In this document: positions 37,690-46,204 of the stretch, piece after piece
Layout: every line of letters begins with the position of its first letter
Position numbering within the stretch: position 1 is the first letter of the stretch
From: Candidatus Scybalenecus merdavium
GTDB lineage: Bacteria; Bacillota; Clostridia; Oscillospirales; Acutalibacteraceae
Direction: 5' to 3'
Assembly: GCA_018714405.1 (NCBI GenBank)
Contig: DVNM01000028.1
Span: forward strand, 1,221 to 65,220
DNA: 64,000 bases
Notes under the pieces: model-generated
Databases searched by the model: none
Told to the model about the DNA's origin: nothing
What the model saw: only the letters and a program-made list of their open reading frames with translations
Position numbers and translations under genes: made by a program

Positions 37690-38490
37690 TTATAACAGCC
37701 CATTTTCCATTTCCTCAGTATCTGGCAGACGGCAGTCAAATTGTTTTCTGCCGCTCCACTGTTTGGTTGTGCGCCCATTCATGGAATTGTCGTGCCAGGT
37801 CGTCAGGTTGGTCAGACAGGAGCGGATAAAAACCTGCTCATACACCTGCCGACACTGCTGTGTTTTGTTGAACGCATAGCCATGTATGACCGGGCGGCTG
37901 CCGGAAAGAAAGTATTCGCGCAGCGTAACGGCATTGAAAAGCACACCGTCTTCACCGGTAAAATACGTATTGAAAGACGGGTCAAAAAGCGCCCACTGTT
38001 TTCTTTCTTTCAAATAGACATGCACAGTCAGATGATTGCCGTTTTTATTGGCATCCAGCATGGCGATCGGGTAAGCCGGTATGCCGAATGCCTGCAAAAG
38101 GTCAGACAGCACAATGGCCTTAAAACGGCAGTTGATCGCATTTTTGAACGGCTTGCGATAAGCGTAATCCAGGATCTGAAGCGGATCGTCCCGCAGCAAA
38201 TGGTACTGCGCGCCGCTGTACCAGGTGTTATCGGTCAGCCACTGCATAACCGATAACGCACGTTCAAAATCGGTATTTCCACGCACGGCCGTGTCCAGTG
38301 CATACTTCTGCCGCAGCGCGTCATAAACGGGCAGGTAAGTAAACAGCCCCGGGACATCCGGCCGTTTTAAACCGTCCGTATCACCGCGTGACAGAGGCGG
38401 CACCTTAGAGAGGTCTGTGCTTTGCACAAACGCAATATAATTTTCCAGCTTGGAATACTTTTTGAGCTTTAACCATAACAGCGGTGACAT
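37690..38490 (-). CDS. transglutaminase-like (papain-fold Cys-His-Asp) superfamily protein, cytoplasmic
   Basis: The 266-aa protein has RBS AAAGGAG and no signal peptide. A candidate catalytic triad is spaced as in transglutaminase-like domains: C in NAINCRFKAIV, H in NHLTVHVY, and D in ALFDPS. Confidence 0.55.
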   Translation of the reverse strand: MSPLLWLKLKKYSKLENYIAFVQSTDLSKVPPLSRGDTDGLKRPDVPGLFTYLPVYDALRQKYALDTAVRGNTDFERALSVMQWLTDNTWYSGAQYHLLRDDPLQILDYAYRKPFKNAINCRFKAIVLSDLLQAFGIPAYPIAMLDANKNGNHLTVHVYLKERKQWALFDPSFNTYFTGEDGVLFNAVTLREYFLSGSRPVIHGYAFNKTQQCRQVYEQVFIRSCLTNLTTWHDNSMNGRTTKQWSGRKQFDCRLPDTEEMENGLL

Positions 38491-38569
38491 CCATCTGCAC
38501 TCCTTTTATGATTTAAATAAAACAGTCATTGGAACCATTCTAAATTCATATTAACATATTGTTTAGAAA

Positions 38570-38602
38570 AATACAACACAAAAGCGGCTTTTCAGCCGCT
38601 TT
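38570..38602 (-). terminator. terminator after the L,D-transpeptidase gene
   Basis: Hairpin AAAGCGGC / GCCGCTTT, followed on the minus strand by a T-rich tail. Confidence 0.65.
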
Positions 38603-38605
38603 CTG

Positions 38606-39703
38606 TCAGCAGTCCGCCTGATCGCACGGCGCTGCACACGTTGTTTTATTGGTGATCGTATTCTGTCCGTTGCCTGATGTCTGCGCCGGCGGGGCATTCC
38701 ATGGGTTTTTCGGATCCGGATCCGTCGGATCCCAGCCGCGGCGGCAGTCGTTCAGGTCGATCTTGACCGGCTTGGGTCTTTCGAGCGGTTCGGGCGCGTC
38801 GCTGTCATAAATCACGACCGCTGTATTTTTCGGGCAGTTGTCGTAGATCCACTTGGCGTCTTTCACGCTCAGGCGGATGCAGCCGAGCGAAGCCGCAGAA
38901 CCCAGCTTGTTGTACTCAGCAGACTCCAGGTCGCCCTTATCTTTCGTATAATATGGAACAGAGTGAAACAGAATGTGCCCCGTGATGCGCGTAGCATACT
39001 GGCCGTAAACATTGCCCTCCAGAAGGCGCCATGTATAGCGGTCCGTTGTGGCAAACGTACCGCGCGGCGTGTTGCCGGATGTACCGACCGAACATACCAT
39101 GGCCCGGTAAGGCTTGGTATATTCCCCGGCGCTGTCTTTTTTATAGACCGTGACCAGATTCTGGGTGCGGTTGACTTTGATCAGATACGGGCTGGTCGTC
39201 TGCACGGCGGGTTCTTTTTCTGTCAGGCTGGATGACGGCACATAGCCGGTTTTATTTTTATAGACGACCTGTGTCCAGCCGTTGGAACAGCGTCCCTTTA
39301 CAGAAATGCGCGTATTTTTGGTGGCCGTACCCAGTTTTTTGGCTGTATCGCAAGCAGAGGCGCGCACGGGCGTGTCCGTCGTCAGGTAACGTTCTTCACT
39401 GACCGGCGTAACCTGCGGCGCTGTGGCAGAAGACGGCGCAGGTTCAGACGGCCGCGGCGCGGCAGTTGTGCCGGTGTGCGGCTGCGATGCGCTAGGCGTT
39501 GTGATTTCACCGGACGTTTCCGGCGCAGAAGTATCATCTGCCGGCGTACCGGTCGCAGCCGCCGGTACTTTTTCAGCCGACTGACCGGAAGGCAGGAGCT
39601 GCGGAAAAAAGAAGTATATTGCTGCCGCACACACGGCGGCAGCGCACAAAACACCGGCCGTCACAATACAGGCACGCTTGATTTTTTTACGGTCCGTTTT
39701 CAT
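38606..39703 (-). CDS. L,D-transpeptidase (YkuD domain) with N-terminal membrane anchor and SH3b-like domain
   Basis: The start is moved to ATG 39703. The YkuD catalytic motif is HSVPYY...GSAASLGCIRL. There is an N-terminal TM helix, a Pro/Thr/Ser-rich linker, and an SH3-like segment (GWTQVVYKNKTGYVPSSSL). Confidence 0.85.
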   Translation of the reverse strand: MKTDRKKIKRACIVTAGVLCAAAVCAAAIYFFFPQLLPSGQSAEKVPAAATGTPADDTSAPETSGEITTPSASQPHTGTTAAPRPSEPAPSSATAPQVTPVSEERYLTTDTPVRASACDTAKKLGTATKNTRISVKGRCSNGWTQVVYKNKTGYVPSSSLTEKEPAVQTTSPYLIKVNRTQNLVTVYKKDSAGEYTKPYRAMVCSVGTSGNTPRGTFATTDRYTWRLLEGNVYGQYATRITGHILFHSVPYYTKDKGDLESAEYNKLGSAASLGCIRLSVKDAKWIYDNCPKNTAVVIYDSDAPEPLERPKPVKIDLNDCRRGWDPTDPDPKNPWNAPPAQTSGNGQNTITNKTTCAAPCDQADC

Positions 39704-39794
39704 ATTCGTCCTCAATTCAACATCTGCTTTTCACCATACAAGGCGGAAAAGCGCACGGCACAGGGGCGCCGTTTTAATTGGTCAATGCAAAAAA

Positions 39795-40409
39795 TCAGCC
39801 ATTTTTCTTGCGGCGCACCGCCACCACAACGATGACGGCGACAACGGCAACACAAAGCACCGTGACCGCCGCCACCGGTACAATATTGGATGCGGCGCCC
39901 GTTTCCGGCGCAGAAGTTGTTTCTGTTTCTGCTGTATTTTGCGTACTTTCGCCGGACGATGCCGTGGAATCGCCCTGTGCGGCGGTCTGCGCATCGTCAG
40001 CCGTTCCCGATGATGAGCCCGACTCGCCAGACGGCGCACTATCTGTTCCAAAATCCACAAGCACATTCACATACGGAATGCCGTGGTACTCGTTGATAAA
40101 GCGAAGCGTGACCGAATTGCCGCTTTCAGAAAGCAGCTCATAATCCGTGCCCTCTACCGACCACGGGAACTCCCAGCCAGTCAGTTTACCGGAACCAATA
40201 TAAGTAAAGGTGTGCGCATCGGACTCCTGGTCATAAACCGTCTCTACATGATTCGGGTCATATTCACCGTTTACATAAACAGATATATCCTGTATATTAC
40301 CCCAGTTGGGCTCCGGGAAGTCACTGTCGGCTGCAAAAGCGGGCACAGCCACCAATAAGCTGACAACCAGCAGTATGCTTGCTAACAGTGTTGAAATTTG
40401 TTTTTTCAT
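39795..40409 (-). CDS. hypothetical secreted surface protein with a sorting-signal-like C-terminus
   Basis: The start is ATG 40409 (RBS GGAGGTG). It has a signal peptide ending AFAADS, a globular domain of about 100 aa, a Ser/Thr/Gly-rich linker, then SAPETG followed by 27 hydrophobic residues and RRKKNG. Confidence 0.65.
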   Translation of the reverse strand: MKKQISTLLASILLVVSLLVAVPAFAADSDFPEPNWGNIQDISVYVNGEYDPNHVETVYDQESDAHTFTYIGSGKLTGWEFPWSVEGTDYELLSESGNSVTLRFINEYHGIPYVNVLVDFGTDSAPSGESGSSSGTADDAQTAAQGDSTASSGESTQNTAETETTSAPETGAASNIVPVAAVTVLCVAVVAVIVVVAVRRKKNG

Positions 40410-40522
40410 AAATCGCACCTCCAAATTTCAGTCAAGCAAATAATGTCTCTATATATTAAGAGTCATTTTGCACGCAGACTGTTACATTTATTTTAAAAGA
40501 ATTTCATAAAAAATGCAAGCGT

Positions 40523-40560
40523 AAAAAAACGGCGCAGCCAAATGGCTGCGCCGCATATTT
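40523..40560 (-). terminator. terminator after tsf
   Basis: A 10-bp stem (CGGCGCAGCC / GGCTGCGCCG) is followed on the minus strand by a T7 run. Confidence 0.85.
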
Positions 40561-40569
40561 TTAAATGAT

Positions 40570-41502
40570 TTAGCCTTTGACGGCTTTGGCGATCTCTTCT
40601 GCGAAGTTTTCTTCTTTCTTCTGCAGGCCTTCGCCCTTGGCGAAGCGGACAAAACCGTTGATCTTTACATCAGCGCCAAGCTTTTTCGCGACGTCCGCCA
40701 CATACTGACCGACGGATTCGTGATTGGTGGCCTTGACAAATTCCTGATCGACCAGGCAGTTTTCCTTGTAATACTTGGACATTTTGCCGGCGGCGATCTT
40801 TTCAATGACCTGTTCGGGTTTGTTGGCCATTTTCGGGTCTTCCTTGATCTGGATGGCCAGGATCTCTTTCTCGTGTGCGACCACGTCGGCCGGAACGGAA
40901 GCCTCGTCCAGATAAGCCGGGCTCATAGCCGCGACTTGCATGGCAACGTCTTTGGCCATCTCGTTGAAGTCCGCATTGTCGAGCATGGCAGCATCCGCGT
41001 CAAAACCAACCAGAACGCCGACAGAACCGCCTGCATGCACATAGGTGGAGACAACGCCGTCCATCGTTTCAAAACGGCGGATCTTCATGTTTTCACCGAT
41101 CGAAAGGATCAGTTCATTGAGCGTTTCGGTCACGGTCTTGTCGGTGCCGTCATACTTGCAGTCTGCAAGGGCCTCTACATCGGCCGGTGCACAGGCAAGG
41201 ATCGTTTTAGCAACGCCCTCTACAAAGTTTGTGAATTTTTCATTTTTAGCGACAAAGTCTGTTTCGCTGTTGACCTCAACGATCACAGCTTTTTTGGCAG
41301 CCTTGTCATAGTAAGAAAGCACAACGCCTTCGGCAGCGATTCTGGAAGCCTTTTTGGCGGCGGCCGCCAGACCTTTTTCACGAAGGAAGTCGATTGCCTT
41401 GTCCATATCGCCGTCGGCTTCGGTCAGCGCTTTTTTGCATTCCATCATGCCGACACCGGTCTTTTCACGAAGTGCTTTTACGTCTTTCGCTGTAAATGCC
41501 AT
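40570..41502 (-). CDS. tsf: translation elongation factor Ts
   Basis: MAFTAKDVKALREKTGVGMMECKKAL is the canonical EF-Ts UBA-like N-terminus. Length is 310 aa. Confidence 0.97.
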   Translation of the reverse strand: MAFTAKDVKALREKTGVGMMECKKALTEADGDMDKAIDFLREKGLAAAAKKASRIAAEGVVLSYYDKAAKKAVIVEVNSETDFVAKNEKFTNFVEGVAKTILACAPADVEALADCKYDGTDKTVTETLNELILSIGENMKIRRFETMDGVVSTYVHAGGSVGVLVGFDADAAMLDNADFNEMAKDVAMQVAAMSPAYLDEASVPADVVAHEKEILAIQIKEDPKMANKPEQVIEKIAAGKMSKYYKENCLVDQEFVKATNHESVGQYVADVAKKLGADVKINGFVRFAKGEGLQKKEENFAEEIAKAVKG

Positions 41503-41522
41503 TGTCCTTTTCCTCCTGTTTC

Positions 41523-42287
41523 TTATTCCGCAGCAGCCTCGGCCGGTGCTTCAGCGGCCTCTTCTGCCTGTTCGCCCTCTGTTTCTTCTGCAACGTCGCT
41601 GCCGCCGCGGCCTTCGATGACTGCATCGGCCATAGCGCCGGCGATCAGCTTAACGGCACGGATCGCGTCGTCGTTGCCGGGGATGACATAGTCGATCTCG
41701 TCCGGGTCACAGTTGGTGTCCACGATCGCAACGATCGGCAGGCCGAGCTTGATGGCCTCGGACACGGCGATTCTTTCTTTTCTCGGGTCAACGATGAACA
41801 TGGCCTGCGGGATCTTCTTCATTTCGGTGATGCCGCCCAGGTACTTTTCAAGCTTTTCGATTTCGAGTTCAAGCTTTGCAACTTCCTTTTTCGGCAGCAT
41901 GTCGAAAGTGCCGTCGCCCTGCATCGTCTTCAGCTGGGCAAGACGAGCCACTCTGGTGCGGATTGTCTTGAAGTTTGTGAGCATACCGCCAAGCCAACGG
42001 GCGTTGACATAAGGCATTGCGCAGCGCGTAGCCTCTTCGCGGATGCTTTCCTGTGCCTGCTTTTTGGTGCCGACGAAGATGATCTCGCCGCCCTCGGCAG
42101 CCAGGTCACGCACGAACATGTACGCCTCGTCAAGCTTTTTCACCGTCTTCTGCAGGTCGATGATGTAGATGCCGTTTCTCTCCGTAAAGATGTACGGCGC
42201 CATTTTGGGGTTCCATCTTCTGGTCTGGTGACCGAAATGCACGCCGGCCTCCAGCAGCTGTTTCATGGATACAACATTTTTTGCCAT
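41523..42287 (-). CDS. rpsB: 30S ribosomal protein S2
   Basis: It carries the S2 signature [19 protein letters not shown]. Length is 254 aa, with an acidic C-terminal tail. Confidence 0.97.
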   Translation of the reverse strand: MAKNVVSMKQLLEAGVHFGHQTRRWNPKMAPYIFTERNGIYIIDLQKTVKKLDEAYMFVRDLAAEGGEIIFVGTKKQAQESIREEATRCAMPYVNARWLGGMLTNFKTIRTRVARLAQLKTMQGDGTFDMLPKKEVAKLELEIEKLEKYLGGITEMKKIPQAMFIVDPRKERIAVSEAIKLGLPIVAIVDTNCDPDEIDYVIPGNDDAIRAVKLIAGAMADAVIEGRGGSDVAEETEGEQAEEAAEAPAEAAAE

Positions 42288-42395
42288 TTTGAAATCCTCC
42301 TTTTCGGTTGTTCCTCCACACCGGGCTATGGCAAATGCCCTTTAGACAACCTCGGGCACAGCACGGTGTGTGCGTATTCTTACGAATGCTCTGGT

Positions 42396-42424
42396 ATTTT
42401 ACCATGGCACGGCGGAAAAATCAA
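42396..42424 (-). promoter_or_regulatory. rpsB-tsf promoter
   Basis: On the minus strand: TTGATT, 17-nt spacer, TAAAAT. This implies a leader of about 100 nt that contains the helix CACACCG...CGGTGTG. Confidence 0.55.
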
Positions 42425-42517
42425 GGTTTTTCTTTGCAAAAGCGCCGTTTTTTCACAAATTTGCGCAGTTTCACAAAAGCGGCGCATAAATCGGCATTTT
42501 CCTTATAAGCTAAGGCG

Positions 42518-43234
42518 CTAACGGATGTATTTTTGCAGAAAATCTTTTCGGGCGTTCGTCTCAAGCCGGTCGTCCAGCACCTGCAGCGTGACAGGGCCGT
42601 ATTTCTTTTGCAGCGCCGTTTGCAGCATATGGTCGGCAAAAGCGGGATTGCGCGGCAGAAACGGCCCGTGCGCATATGTGCCGAACGTATTTTTATAGTG
42701 CGCGCCCTCTGTTTTATCTTTCCCGTTGTTGCCAAAGCCGCGCACCACGCGCCCGAGCGGCGGCACGTTTCCAAGATATGTGCGCCCGGCATGGTTTTCA
42801 AAGCCGACCGCCACCGTGCTGCCGCAGCGAAAGGCAAAATTACCGATCAGGCGCTTCTCCCCCGCCACGGTGTACAGATCGAGCGCGCCGGAAAACACCA
42901 GCCGCTTGCCATCTGCCGCCTGGTAATACCGGCCGAGAAGCTGGTAGCCGCCGCAGATGGCCAAAACGACACGCCCCTGCTCCACGATCTGACACAAGGC
43001 TGCATCCTTGCCCATATTTTTTAAATCACCAAGCAAGACGCCCTGCTCAAAATCCTGCCCGCCGCCGATAAAATAAATGTCGTAATCTGTCGGCAAAGGC
43101 AGGCCGCACGGGAATTCATCGATCTGCACCGCAACGCCCCGCATGCGGCTGCGCCAGCAAAGGCAGCGCAGATTGCCGCCGTCGCCGTAAAGATTCAAAA
43201 GATCCGGGTACACATAAGCGATCTTCAGCATCAT
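42518..43234 (-). CDS. gatD: lipid II isoglutaminyl synthase, glutamine amidotransferase subunit GatD (CobQ-type GATase)
   Basis: The N-terminus is YVYPDLLNLYGDGGN. The nucleophile region is LAICGGYQLLG. The gene is coupled to murT by an ATGA overlap. Confidence 0.85.
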   Translation of the reverse strand: MMLKIAYVYPDLLNLYGDGGNLRCLCWRSRMRGVAVQIDEFPCGLPLPTDYDIYFIGGGQDFEQGVLLGDLKNMGKDAALCQIVEQGRVVLAICGGYQLLGRYYQAADGKRLVFSGALDLYTVAGEKRLIGNFAFRCGSTVAVGFENHAGRTYLGNVPPLGRVVRGFGNNGKDKTEGAHYKNTFGTYAHGPFLPRNPAFADHMLQTALQKKYGPVTLQVLDDRLETNARKDFLQKYIR

Positions 43235-44601
43235 TCGTAAAACGCCTCTTTCCCAAACTTCTGCGCAAAGGCCGGGCGCAGGCGCATCATGGCCGTGTAG
43301 GTCGGCACGATGTAAAAATCATTTTCGCTTTCTGCGGTCGTGCGCAAAAGCAGGCCTTCTTTTTCAAAATCCAGCAGGCAGATGTTCTGCGCCTCAAACC
43401 CCATAAGCTTCAGGCAAAGCGCCATATCGTAAGCGCGCCGGCCGCTGACATACACCCGGCAAAGCGGCACACCGGCGCGCAGCAGCGGCGAATAGTCCAC
43501 ATCGTAGATCCACGAAACGTCGCGCCCGTCCGCCGCCAGGTCGTTCAGGCAAAAACAGACGTCAAACGGCCTTTGGCTTTTGGCGATCTGTGCATTCACA
43601 AGCGAAAAGCCGGCCGGATTTTTCACCAGAAGCATACGGATCTGGTGCGTAGACGCAGCAAAGGTCTCGTTGCGGCCAAATGCACCGGAAAATGTTTCCA
43701 GCGCGCGGAAGATGATGCTTTCCGGCAGCTTTGCACAGTAAAGCGCCGCAGCAGCGGCCAGCGCATTGTATACATTATAGATACCGGGCAAATTGATGCG
43801 CACATGCCGCACACTGCCGGGCAAGTGTATTTCTGCTGTGCTGCTTTGCGCCTGCAGACCGGAAAGCACTGAGACGTAAACATCCGGCCTGCGGCGCTGA
43901 TAGCCGCAGTTTGGGCAGGAAAAGCCGCCGAGCTGCGCATAAGTTCGGTAGGTATAACGGTAAGGCTCGCCGCAGAAAAGGCAGCGCGCCGCATCAGACG
44001 GCACATTGCCCGGGAAATGCCCGCAGGCCGCCTGCTCCATGCCAAATGTAAACACGCGTCCATGCACTGCACGCGAAAGCGAAAATGTCAGCGGGCAGTC
44101 GCCGTTTAGCACCACCGTGCTTTCAGGGCATTTCTGTACCGAACGGCGCAGCACCGAAAGTGTGTGCGCCACCTCGCCGTAGCGGTCAAGCTGGTCGCGA
44201 AACACATTGGTCACCACGATCACATCCGGCTGCAGAAAATCCGACACCGACAAAAAAGCGTTTTCGTCACACTCGATCACGGCATAGTGCCGCCGTATCT
44301 GCCCTTTTAACGTGCAGTTTTGAATAAAAGCCGTTGCGATGCCGGTGATCAGATTGGCGCCGGAGCGGTTCAGAAAATACGGCGTTTTGCTCAGCACGAA
44401 CGCACGCTCGATCATACGGCAGACGGTCGTTTTGCCGTTGGTGCCGGTCACCAAGATCACCCTGACGCCTTGCGACAGTTTTTTTAAAATGCGGCTGTCA
44501 AAAAGCAGCGCCAAACGCCCGGGCAGCGTGGTCGCGCCGCGCTTTAAAATTTTTAAAAGAAAAGCCGTCAGCTTGGCGGCCAAAAGCGCTAAATATTTCA
44601 T
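43231..44601 (-). CDS. murT: lipid II isoglutaminyl synthase, Mur-ligase-like subunit MurT
   Basis: The track ORF is trimmed to ATG 44601. It has P-loop VTGTNGKTT, a Cys4 ribbon (CLFCGEPY...CPNCGY), and a C-terminal DUF1727-like region. Confidence 0.85.
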   Translation of the reverse strand: MKYLALLAAKLTAFLLKILKRGATTLPGRLALLFDSRILKKLSQGVRVILVTGTNGKTTVCRMIERAFVLSKTPYFLNRSGANLITGIATAFIQNCTLKGQIRRHYAVIECDENAFLSVSDFLQPDVIVVTNVFRDQLDRYGEVAHTLSVLRRSVQKCPESTVVLNGDCPLTFSLSRAVHGRVFTFGMEQAACGHFPGNVPSDAARCLFCGEPYRYTYRTYAQLGGFSCPNCGYQRRRPDVYVSVLSGLQAQSSTAEIHLPGSVRHVRINLPGIYNVYNALAAAAALYCAKLPESIIFRALETFSGAFGRNETFAASTHQIRMLLVKNPAGFSLVNAQIAKSQRPFDVCFCLNDLAADGRDVSWIYDVDYSPLLRAGVPLCRVYVSGRRAYDMALCLKLMGFEAQNICLLDFEKEGLLLRTTAESENDFYIVPTYTAMMRLRPAFAQKFGKEAFYE

Positions 44602-44687
44602 ACGTTCTGCACATCCACCTTTTGTGTCTATAAAAATTGTATTTATTTCGGCGGACATATATGATAAAATAAAGTGAGGTGATCCGA

Positions 44688-45455
44688 ATGATTGAGAAAT
44701 GGCTGGAAGTCGTAAAAAAGGCCGGCACGATCGTTTTGCGTGCGCACGGCGATAAAGGCATCCGCCAAAAATCCGGCGAGACCGATTTGGTGACACAGTA
44801 CGACGTAGAAGTGCAGCGATTTTTGACCGAAAAGCTTTCGGCGCTTGTACCTGGCTGCAGCTTTTTCGGCGAAGAGGGCGCCGGCGACAAAACGCTGACA
44901 GACGGCTGGTGCTTTATTATCGACCCGATCGACGGCACGACGAATTTTATAAAAGGCTACGGCCACTGCTGCGTATCCGTTGGCCTGGCCAAAGACCGGG
45001 AAATGGTCTGCGGTGCGGTGTTTGACCCGTTTGCGAACGAACTGTTTTACGCAGAAAAAGGCAAGGGCGCGTTTTTAAACGGCCGGCCGATCCGCTGTTC
45101 AGACTGCGAACTCAGCAAGGCGCTTGTAGCATTCGGCACCTGCCCCTACGAACACGAACTGGCCGACAAAACGTTTGATACAGCCAAAAAGCTGTTTTTG
45201 AACAGCCTGGAGATCCGCCGCGGCGGCAGTGCGGCGCTAGACATCTGCTATGTAGCCAGCGGCAAATGCGATCTGTACTTTGAATACATTCTGCGGCCTT
45301 GGGACTTTGCGGCGGCCACGCTGATTTTGCAGGAGGCCGGCGGCCTGGCCATGACGACCGACGGCGCGCCCATTGATTTTTCCAAGACCGGCAGCTACCT
45401 TTGCGGCAACGAAAAAACGACAGAAGCCTTTTTTGAACTGACCGGCAGACCATAA
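44688..45455 (+). CDS. inositol monophosphatase family protein (SuhB-like)
   Basis: The start is moved to ATG 44688 (RBS GAGGTGA). IMPase motifs FFGEEG and IIDPIDGTTNF are present. Confidence 0.88.
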   Translation: MIEKWLEVVKKAGTIVLRAHGDKGIRQKSGETDLVTQYDVEVQRFLTEKLSALVPGCSFFGEEGAGDKTLTDGWCFIIDPIDGTTNFIKGYGHCCVSVGLAKDREMVCGAVFDPFANELFYAEKGKGAFLNGRPIRCSDCELSKALVAFGTCPYEHELADKTFDTAKKLFLNSLEIRRGGSAALDICYVASGKCDLYFEYILRPWDFAAATLILQEAGGLAMTTDGAPIDFSKTGSYLCGNEKTTEAFFELTGRP

Positions 45456-45469
45456 AACAACAAACGATA

Positions 45470-45520
45470 AAAAACACCGGCGGCGCGCAGAAAACCTGCG
45501 CGCCGCCGGTGTTTATCATG
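45470..45520. terminator. strong bidirectional terminator
   Basis: A stem of about 16 bp (ACACCGGCGGCGCGCAG / TGCGCGCCGCCGGTGT) has an A5 run upstream. This reads as T5 on the minus strand, where the T-tract is the better of the two. Confidence 0.85.
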
Positions 45521-45599
45521 GCGTGAATTGCATCAACAAAATCAATATGCGTTACTGACAACATGGTGATGCTTGAGTTAGAGGAAACTAACCAAAAGT

Positions 45600-45629
45600 A
45601 GTATAGCAGACTCAGCACGCCCGTGTCAA
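45600..45629 (-). promoter_or_regulatory. orphan near-consensus promoter pointing at the 45470-45520 terminator
   Basis: On the minus strand: TTGACA (45629-45624), 18-nt spacer, TATACT (45605-45600). No RBS-supported ORF lies downstream. Confidence 0.45.
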
Positions 45630-45676
45630 GTTTTTTACGCCAAAAAACCGAACGGCGAACATTTTACAGGCGCGGC

Positions 45677-45705
45677 TTGAAATTTTAAAGTGCGGCGTGT
45701 ATAAT
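45677..45705 (+). promoter_or_regulatory. promoter of the DtxR-family regulator gene
   Basis: TTGAAA, 17-nt spacer, TATAAT. Confidence 0.65.
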
Positions 45706-45758
45706 AAAACAGAAAGTACATGTTTGCCGCAAAAGCAGACAGCGAAAGCAGTGATCGA

Positions 45759-46151
45759 ATGAAAATCCTTGAATCCGCAGAAAACTACCTGGAAACGATT
45801 CTCGTTTTGCACAACCGTAAAGGCCAGGTGCGCTCCATTGACATTGCCAATGAACTAGAGTTTTCCAAGCCCAGCGTCAGCGTGGCCATGAAACGGCTGC
45901 GCGAAAACGGCTACATCACCATGGATTACGACGGCTATATTGAACTGACCGATGCCGGGCGTAAAATTGCCGACTCCGTTTACGACCGCCACACAACACT
46001 GACCGAGTGCCTGACGCGCATTGGCGTTGACCCAAAAACGGCCGCAGAAGACGCCTGCCGTGTAGAACACGTCATCAGCGAAGAAACGTTCCACGCCATC
46101 AAAGCGCACCTGAATACAGCAGCCGCACGCAATAACGAGGCAGAAGCATAA
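45759..46151 (+). CDS. DtxR/MntR-family metal-dependent transcriptional regulator
   Basis: The start is moved to ATG 45759. It has a winged HTH (ENYLETILVLHNRKGQVRSIDIANELEFSKPSVSVAMKRL) and a metal/dimerisation region (DRHTTLTECL...EDACRVEHVIS). Confidence 0.85.
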   Translation: MKILESAENYLETILVLHNRKGQVRSIDIANELEFSKPSVSVAMKRLRENGYITMDYDGYIELTDAGRKIADSVYDRHTTLTECLTRIGVDPKTAAEDACRVEHVISEETFHAIKAHLNTAAARNNEAEA

Positions 46152-46165
46152 AGAAAAACCATAAC

Positions 46166-46203
46166 AAAAGCACCGCATACAAAAATGTGCGGTGCTTTTA
46201 TTA
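46166..46203. terminator. bidirectional terminator
   Basis: A 12-bp stem (AAAAGCACCGCA / TGCGGTGCTTTT) with flanking A and T runs. Confidence 0.8.
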
Positions 46204-46204
46204 T

